DNA from: an uncultured bacterium
GTDB taxonomy: Bacteria; Patescibacteriota; Minisyncoccia; Phycocordibacterales; GWA1-40-21
NCBI GenBank assembly: GCA_903823865.1
Contig: CAIJUJ010000027.1
Location: 12,065-76,064 of the forward strand
Direction of reading: 5' to 3'
Length of the DNA: 64,000 nt
The notes under the pieces were generated by a model. That model worked only from the letters and a program-made list of their open reading frames with translations. It ran no database searches and had not been told where the DNA came from. Below, one piece after another: positions 58,419 through 64,000 of this stretch (positions within the stretch are counted from its first letter, which is position 1; every line of letters starts with the position of its first letter). The position numbers were made by a program, and so were the translations under genes.

Positions 58419-58871
58419 TTATTTAACCCCCAATAATTCAATTTCAAAAATCAAAGTAGAATTCCCAGGAATTGGACCATAATCTTTTTCTCCATATGCA
58501 AGTGATGGCGGAATCACTAAAATTCTTTTACCACCAACTTTCATTCCTTCAACTCCAATGTCCCAACCTTTTATCACCATTCCTGCACCTAATTCGAATG
58601 TAAAAGGTACTCCTCTGTCTAGCGAGCTATCAAACTTTTTGCCATCTGCAAAAACTCCAGTATAATTAACCGTGACTTGTTTTCCTGCCACAGCTATATC
58701 TCCTGTTCCAACAGTTATATCTTTTGATTGAATTTGTGCTGCTTGTTGCATAATAGATGTATCTTGTGTTTTGTTTGAACTAGTAAATAAACCTCCGACC
58801 AAACCTCCACCAATCAAGACCCCCACCACAACGACGGCTATTACCACTGCTATTATTGTTTTTTTATTCAT
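58419..58871 (-). CDS. FKBP-type peptidyl-prolyl cis-trans isomerase, membrane anchored.
   Basis: N-terminal TM. FKBP domain (GKKFDSSLDRGVPFTFELGAGMVIKGWDIGVEGMKVGGKRILVIPPSLAYG). Confidence 0.85.
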   Translation of the reverse strand: MNKKTIIAVVIAVVVVGVLIGGGLVGGLFTSSNKTQDTSIMQQAAQIQSKDITVGTGDIAVAGKQVTVNYTGVFADGKKFDSSLDRGVPFTFELGAGMVIKGWDIGVEGMKVGGKRILVIPPSLAYGEKDYGPIPGNSTLIFEIELLGVK

Positions 58872-58980
58872 TGTTTTTATAATAAATTAATACCCTTATA
58901 TTATATCAAGCCAAAAAAATAAATCCACTCTTTTTATAAAGGCTTTTCAGAATTAAATAAATAATGCTATAATCTACGAC

Positions 58981-59709
58981 ATGAATTTAAAAAATATTTT
59001 TTCAAGAAATAGAAATGTGTTGGAAATCATAAATGGTAATCATATTGACGCCGGTCCATTAACACGTAAAAAAATGAGAGAAATTATCAAGAGGAGAGAA
59101 AAAATTACTGGTAAGGAATTTGATAAGGGTTATGAATTAATAGAAAAATATCCAAGGTCTGTTAGCATTTTCGGCTCTGCAAGATTTAAAAATGACAGTA
59201 TCTATTATAAAAAAGCTGAATCATTGGGTGCCAGAATTGTAAAAGAATTAAAATATGCTGTTGTCACTGGCGGTGGCCCTGGGATTATGGAGGCCGCAAG
59301 TAAAGGGGCATACGAAGCTGGCGGAGTGTCATTGGGATTTACAATTAAACTTCCGAGCGAACAAATTATAAACAAGTACTTAACTGATTATGTTGAGTTT
59401 GAGTATTTTTTCAGTAGAAAAACTTTATTGTTTTTTGCTGCCGAAACGTATGTGTATTTCCCTGGAGGTTTTGGAACGTTTGATGAACTTCTAGAAATAA
59501 TGACATTGATTCAAACACACAAAATTAATAGAACGCCTGTAATTTTAGTAGGAAAAGAATTTTGGACACCATTTTTGGATTTATTTAAACAAAAATTAGC
59601 CACAGAAAATAAAACCATAAACATGGAAGATACAGATATTTGCAAAATAGTTGATTTAGAAGATGAAATTATTGAGATAATAAGAAACGCACCGTACAGA
59701 GAGGAATGA
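58981..59709 (+). CDS. LOG family / TIGR00730 Rossmann-fold protein (cytokinin riboside 5'-monophosphate phosphoribohydrolase-like).
   Basis: AVVTGGGPGIMEAASKGA and PGGFGTFDELLE motifs. Confidence 0.85.
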   Translation: MNLKNIFSRNRNVLEIINGNHIDAGPLTRKKMREIIKRREKITGKEFDKGYELIEKYPRSVSIFGSARFKNDSIYYKKAESLGARIVKELKYAVVTGGGPGIMEAASKGAYEAGGVSLGFTIKLPSEQIINKYLTDYVEFEYFFSRKTLLFFAAETYVYFPGGFGTFDELLEIMTLIQTHKINRTPVILVGKEFWTPFLDLFKQKLATENKTINMEDTDICKIVDLEDEIIEIIRNAPYREE

Positions 59710-59720
59710 GAATTAATAGC

Positions 59721-59756
59721 AAAAGAGCGGTGCCCTAGGCACCGCTCTTTTATTTT
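59721..59756. terminator. Bidirectional terminator.
   Basis: aaaagagcggtgcc-ctag-gcaccgctctttt. Confidence 0.7.
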
Positions 59757-59760
59757 CTAT

Positions 59761-60483
59761 TTATTTTAATCCAAACGCAGCCTTCACTGTCACCATAACA
59801 TTTTTATTTATTTTTGAAGTATCATAAGTGCCATAATCAGAAACTTCTAAAGAATTTGCGGGGAGAACCTGAACAACACCACTAGCTGCAGATTTTAAAT
59901 CTCCAACATTTCTTCCTGTTGCTTCTGCAATTTTCTGTGCTCTAGCTTTTGCATCTTTTATTGCATCAGAAAGTAGAGCAACTCTCAAATCAGGTAATTT
60001 TGTATAATAATATTCTACCGCATTAGTGCTAAATATCACGCCTTTATTTATCAAATCTTGGGTTTTTTGAGCTAGGGTAGTAATTTGATTTATGTCGGAA
60101 GAAGAAACTTCAACAGTCTGGCTAATTGTATATTCTTTCTCTGTTTGGGTATTATTGTTATTATAATTATAATTTTCAAACATAGAAACAGTAGAAATTG
60201 TAACGTTCTTATCATCTATTCCCTGGTCTTTCAAAAACTTTTGTACAGCGACTAAATCTTGCGCAATTTGAGCATAACCGGCTTTTAAATTACTAACTTT
60301 TACTATCCTTGAAAAATTTCCAGAAAACTTTGCACTGTCAGAGACTACTTCTTTACTTGCTGAACCAGTGACCGACAAAGAGTTGCTTGAATCTTTATTG
60401 TAATAAGATATCGCCCAGATAGAAGAGCTTATAATTAAACAAACCCCAATTATTATTGATAGTGCAAGATTATTTTGTTTCAT
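59761..60483 (-). CDS. SIMPL-domain (DUF541) secreted protein.
   Basis: Signal peptide and overall SIMPL-like pattern. Moderate certainty. Confidence 0.6.
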   Translation of the reverse strand: MKQNNLALSIIIGVCLIISSSIWAISYYNKDSSNSLSVTGSASKEVVSDSAKFSGNFSRIVKVSNLKAGYAQIAQDLVAVQKFLKDQGIDDKNVTISTVSMFENYNYNNNNTQTEKEYTISQTVEVSSSDINQITTLAQKTQDLINKGVIFSTNAVEYYYTKLPDLRVALLSDAIKDAKARAQKIAEATGRNVGDLKSAASGVVQVLPANSLEVSDYGTYDTSKINKNVMVTVKAAFGLK

Positions 60484-60518
60484 TTTTTAAATATTATTTA
60501 GCTAAATTAATAAGTCAA

Positions 60519-61145
60519 TTATAGCGCACTTTTATTTTTTTGTCGTGCTTCTTTTTTATTAAAGAAAGTATCTATCGCTCTACTAATAAAAATACCAGCA
60601 ACAATTAGTATCACAATAAATAATATGTGTTTAACTTTTCCTATACTTTTTACAATTGGGGCATAGGATTCATTAAAGAAATAACCAACCCAGATTAGAA
60701 AAGGCGCGTAAATAAAAGTAGCTAAGGTATTATACGTCATGAAAGTCTGGTGTTTGACTTTTGTATGCCCAGAAAAAACTGGCCCAACGAATCTTAAAAA
60801 TGGAATAAATCTACAAATAAAAACTGTTGCACCAATATGTTTGGTAATAAAATCTTTTCTTTTTGAAATTATTTTTAAAGATAAAACTTCATGAATTAAT
60901 TTTGAAACATATTTATTATTTTTGAGAGTAAGTGTGTAAACAATATTATCCCCAATTACAAAGGCCATTATAATAAGAAAAACTGCGGGGATGGTGCTGA
61001 TTAAATTTGATTTAATCATGTAACCAGTAATAATGAGGATCATTTCCTCTGGAAAAGGAATCAGAGTACCAGAAAATAGTGCGAAAAAGAAAATCGCCAA
61101 ATAAGAAAAATGCTCAACTGAAACGATAAAAAGTGTATCATGCAT
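60519..61145 (-). CDS. DedA family (VTT domain) membrane protein.
   Basis: Polytopic, LIITGYMIKSNL... pattern. Confidence 0.7.
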   Translation of the reverse strand: MHDTLFIVSVEHFSYLAIFFFALFSGTLIPFPEEMILIITGYMIKSNLISTIPAVFLIIMAFVIGDNIVYTLTLKNNKYVSKLIHEVLSLKIISKRKDFITKHIGATVFICRFIPFLRFVGPVFSGHTKVKHQTFMTYNTLATFIYAPFLIWVGYFFNESYAPIVKSIGKVKHILFIVILIVAGIFISRAIDTFFNKKEARQKNKSAL

Positions 61146-61233
61146 AATAATTTATATTTAAATATATTACCATAAATATAAATAAAATGTAGTACACATT
61201 GTTTTATTTACCAATAACAGTTAATATAAAATT

Positions 61234-61938
61234 ATGTTAGATGAAAACCAAAAAAGCATAAGAATAAATAAGTATTTAGCTATGCGGGGTGTAGCGACAA
61301 GAAGAGATGCTGACAAAATCATTGAAGCAGGGAAAGTTACAATAAATGGTAGGAAAGCAATACTTGGTGACAGAGTCAATGAAGGTGATAAAGTTGAAGT
61401 GTTGAAGAAATTGAAAAACAATTTCGTTTATTTTGCGTACTACAAGCCACGAGGAATAATCACCCACTCTCCGCAAGACGGAGAAACTGATATTATTTCG
61501 TCTATAAAAATTAAAGGTGTATTCCCCATTGGTAGACTTGATAAAGATTCAGAAGGATTAATTTTACTTACAAATGACGGCAGAATTACAGATAGACTTT
61601 TAAATCCGAAGTATGAGCATGACAAAGAATATATGGTAAAAACAAGAGTCCCAATAAAAGAATTCCAACTAAAAGTAATGGAAAAAGGAATGGATCTTGA
61701 AGGAATGATCACTGCTCCGTGTAAAACAAGATTAATTGATGATAAACTTTTTGCTATTACAATTTCAGAAGGCCAAAAACATCAGATAAGAAGAATGTGT
61801 GATGCACTTACACTACCGATCGATTCTTTAAAAAGAGTTAGAGTTATGAATATTAGACTCGGACAACTCAAGTCAAATGAATATAGAAAAATTGATGGTG
61901 AAGAATTAAAAACCTTTCTTTCTTCACTTTCTTTGTAA
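61234..61938 (+). CDS. rRNA pseudouridine synthase, RsuA/RluB family.
   Basis: S4 domain (RINKYLAMRGVATRRDADKIIEAGKVTING) and catalytic GRLDKDSEGLILLTNDG. Confidence 0.85.
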   Translation: MLDENQKSIRINKYLAMRGVATRRDADKIIEAGKVTINGRKAILGDRVNEGDKVEVLKKLKNNFVYFAYYKPRGIITHSPQDGETDIISSIKIKGVFPIGRLDKDSEGLILLTNDGRITDRLLNPKYEHDKEYMVKTRVPIKEFQLKVMEKGMDLEGMITAPCKTRLIDDKLFAITISEGQKHQIRRMCDALTLPIDSLKRVRVMNIRLGQLKSNEYRKIDGEELKTFLSSLSL

Positions 61939-61973
61939 AAAATAAAGGGCCTTCGCTTTCGCAAAAACCCTTT

Positions 61974-62402
61974 TTATTTTTTTATGACTCCTTTTTGTTG
62001 AAATATTTTTCTTTCTTTCTTTGGTATTCTATACCAAAGATTAGAAAAAACCTTTATTCTTTTGTTTTGCTTCCTGAAATTATCTACTACCTCCTTATAT
62101 AAATAAGAAATGAATTTAACAAAAAAATTTTTCTTATTACTTTTTTCGTACTCCTTCCAATGCTTACGCATTGAAAAAAGTCTTTTGATTCTGCCGTTGT
62201 GGTAAACGGAGTAATCGATTATCTCATCCTTAATCTGAGATAATCTTTTGGAATACAGGTTTTTGTTTATTGTATTATTTTCACCCGCTTTCCAGATTCT
62301 ATATTTACAATAAGAAATTGCATTTTCAGCGTTTTTGTCAAAAATATATTTTGATAAAAACAAAATAAATAATAGTGCAAGACAAACAATTATTATTGAC
62401 AT
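61974..62402 (-). CDS. Hypothetical basic protein with N-terminal TM.
   Basis: ORF only. Confidence 0.35.
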   Translation of the reverse strand: MSIIIVCLALLFILFLSKYIFDKNAENAISYCKYRIWKAGENNTINKNLYSKRLSQIKDEIIDYSVYHNGRIKRLFSMRKHWKEYEKSNKKNFFVKFISYLYKEVVDNFRKQNKRIKVFSNLWYRIPKKERKIFQQKGVIKK

Positions 62403-62487
62403 TCAAACCACCCCCTTTTTATATTTTCAACAATTTTACTTCTATTAAAAAGATAACACTCTAATGAACTAAAATCAATTCACTAAT

Positions 62488-62985
62488 TTATTTTTTAATA
62501 ATAAAATATATTACCAAGACAATAATTGAAACAAAGATTTGTATAGAAATACCAAACCAAATATATTTTTTGTTTTCAATATCGCGACCCATCTTATCAT
62601 GAAGTCTTTGAAAAAAAATAAAAGGTTGCTTTTTGAATTTGTAATACAATAATTGGAAAAAATCTGGCAACCATGCGCCAATAATACCTAGAAGGGTTAT
62701 GACAGCACTTTTTTCATCTTTCACAAATATTAAAAAACACAAAATAAGAGCCCCTATCGCTTCAAGTATAATGAACAGTAATTTTATTGCCGCTGCTGAA
62801 CTCTTGAATATAGACACCATCGTGCTTGTTTTCTTATCCATAAAACTATTAATATCGTAATCCTTGTGTGGGATCATATCCAAAACATAATGACTGAAAA
62901 ACGCAAGCGCAAAGCCCAATACTGGTTCATTTGGAACCAAATTAGCTACTGCGGCACCTAGAAGCGCATGGGGAGTTAAAATCAT
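62488..62985 (-). CDS. Membrane protein, possibly DUF457/YdjM-like membrane-bound metal-dependent hydrolase.
   Basis: N-terminal MILTPHALLGAA...HYVLDMIPH His-rich pattern. Weak. Confidence 0.4.
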   Translation of the reverse strand: MILTPHALLGAAVANLVPNEPVLGFALAFFSHYVLDMIPHKDYDINSFMDKKTSTMVSIFKSSAAAIKLLFIILEAIGALILCFLIFVKDEKSAVITLLGIIGAWLPDFFQLLYYKFKKQPFIFFQRLHDKMGRDIENKKYIWFGISIQIFVSIIVLVIYFIIKK

Positions 62986-64000
62986 ATCGTTTTAATACAA
63001 GTATTATATGCTGACACCTCTTTGTTATAGTCAGCGACCCTAGCTTTTATTTCTGATGCTAAATTGTTATAAAGTCCTGCCAAAGTATTTCTTTCTGCGA
63101 CTTTTGAATTATACGTTTGTGTATCAGTAGCACTAATTGTTTTTAATTCTGTATCAATAGTTTTTATGTTATTTAAAATACCATCTGCTGAATATTTATA
63201 TTGGGCAATCTTGTCTTTTAAAACCGTATCGGGAGATGTACACCCCGCCATCGGCTTACCAAAAATTTGCGTAGCAATCCAAACAGTTTGGCCATTATAA
63301 GTTCCCTGCACTGCATAAACTCCAATTTCTGTATAATTTTTATTTAAAATATTTGCTCTGTGCCCCGGGCTGTCCATCCAAGCGTTAACAAGACCTTCTG
63401 ATCCATTAAAATTCCCAAGTGCAATGTTTTCCCCAATGGTAATATATGAATAACCATTTTTTACGGCTTCTTTTGAAGCATTGTCACCTGTCGGAGAATT
63501 GTGTTCAAAATATTGCTGTGCAAACATGTCTTTTACACGCACCTCGGCAATGTTTGATAAAACGCTATTATATTTTAAATCAATTAGACTTGGGTCGTTA
63601 CTTTTTCTTGCGTTATTTGTCAAAGTAATAATTTGGCTAGCATTTAAATCACCACCTCCAACACCGACATTTGTCACGTATATGTCTGGTTCTGGATTAT
63701 TTATAGATGACGTATTTGGTAATTCAGTATTTGAAATGCCACTGTTACCATTTAAATTTTGTAGGGTCGTTTTGTTTATTTTAGCAGTTGTATCTGCTGG
63801 TACCGAATATGAAGTGCAAAATCTTTTTCCAAGGTTTGATCTTAATTCCCCATCTTTCCATTCTCCGGTTGATAGAGACAAAATATAATTTTTACAAAAA
63901 TCATTCTTTACCTGCCCAATTATTTTTGTACTAAAAAAATTTATAATACCTGAAAAAGTATCAGTAAAAGTAGATGCTTTGGCGACATTACAAAACACCA
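62982..64000 (-). CDS. CAP/SCP/PR-1-like (YkwD-type) secreted protein. The N-terminus probably lies beyond the window end.
   Basis: SPGHRANILNKNYTEIGV and GQTVWIATQIFG CAP motifs. The ORF is open to the window edge. Confidence 0.7.
   Translation of the reverse strand, partial: VFCNVAKASTFTDTFSGIINFFSTKIIGQVKNDFCKNYILSLSTGEWKDGELRSNLGKRFCTSYSVPADTTAKINKTTLQNLNGNSGISNTELPNTSSINNPEPDIYVTNVGVGGGDLNASQIITLTNNARKSNDPSLIDLKYNSVLSNIAEVRVKDMFAQQYFEHNSPTGDNASKEAVKNGYSYITIGENIALGNFNGSEGLVNAWMDSPGHRANILNKNYTEIGVYAVQGTYNGQTVWIATQIFGKPMAGCTSPDTVLKDKIAQYKYSADGILNNIKTIDTELKTISATDTQTYNSKVAERNTLAGLYNNLASEIKARVADYNKEVSAYNTCIKTI

Noticed and set aside
1-64000. CRISPR arrays and cas genes.
   Set aside because: No regularly spaced direct repeats with unique spacers were seen. 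The repeats found are palindromic hairpins or two-copy elements, not arrays.

Overview
The window is a very AT-rich, gene-dense bacterial chromosome segment, almost entirely coded on the minus strand. Its content and the shortened forms of several core enzymes look like a reduced Candidate Phyla Radiation / Patescibacteria-type genome; this placement is inference only. Recognisable blocks, left to right: (1) a cell-wall cluster: M23 peptidase, gltX, murG, ftsW, mraY, DD-carboxypeptidase. (2) scpA-GNAT-scpB, HIT, aspS with a candidate T-box leader, an orphan clpP-like gene, trpS. (3) the dnaJ-dnaK-(orf99)-grpE chaperone locus, littered with small palindromic repeats. (4) an alpha-operon fragment: rpsI, rplM, rplQ, rpoA, rpsD, rpsK, rpsM, rpmJ (missed by the ORF track), infA. 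(5) two hypothetical proteins, one PilM/FtsA-like. (6) alaS, a family-4 UDG, an ATP-cone/Mrr-like nuclease fusion, mnmA, ychF. (7) a 1219-aa protein with a C-terminal GT-A-like domain, next to an ABC exporter and a MacAB/HlyD-type efflux trio. (8) a tRNA cluster (three tRNA-Ala isoacceptors plus tRNA-Val) with a ZIP transporter and a TerC-like gene. (9) ddl, uvrC, uvrA, a two-component system, uvrB. (10) a membrane trypsin-like protease, tgt, FKBP, a LOG-family protein, SIMPL, DedA, a pseudouridine synthase and a CAP-domain protein. The most unusual signals are: a set of short hairpin elements at gene 3' ends that carry duplicated terminal codons; two promoter- and terminator-bounded GC-rich candidate ncRNAs in a 527-nt gap; a repeat family after two tRNAs; and the giant-protein/exporter neighbourhood. 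All calls come from reading the sequence and motif memory, with no database searches. Coordinates of manually found features are approximate to a few nt.
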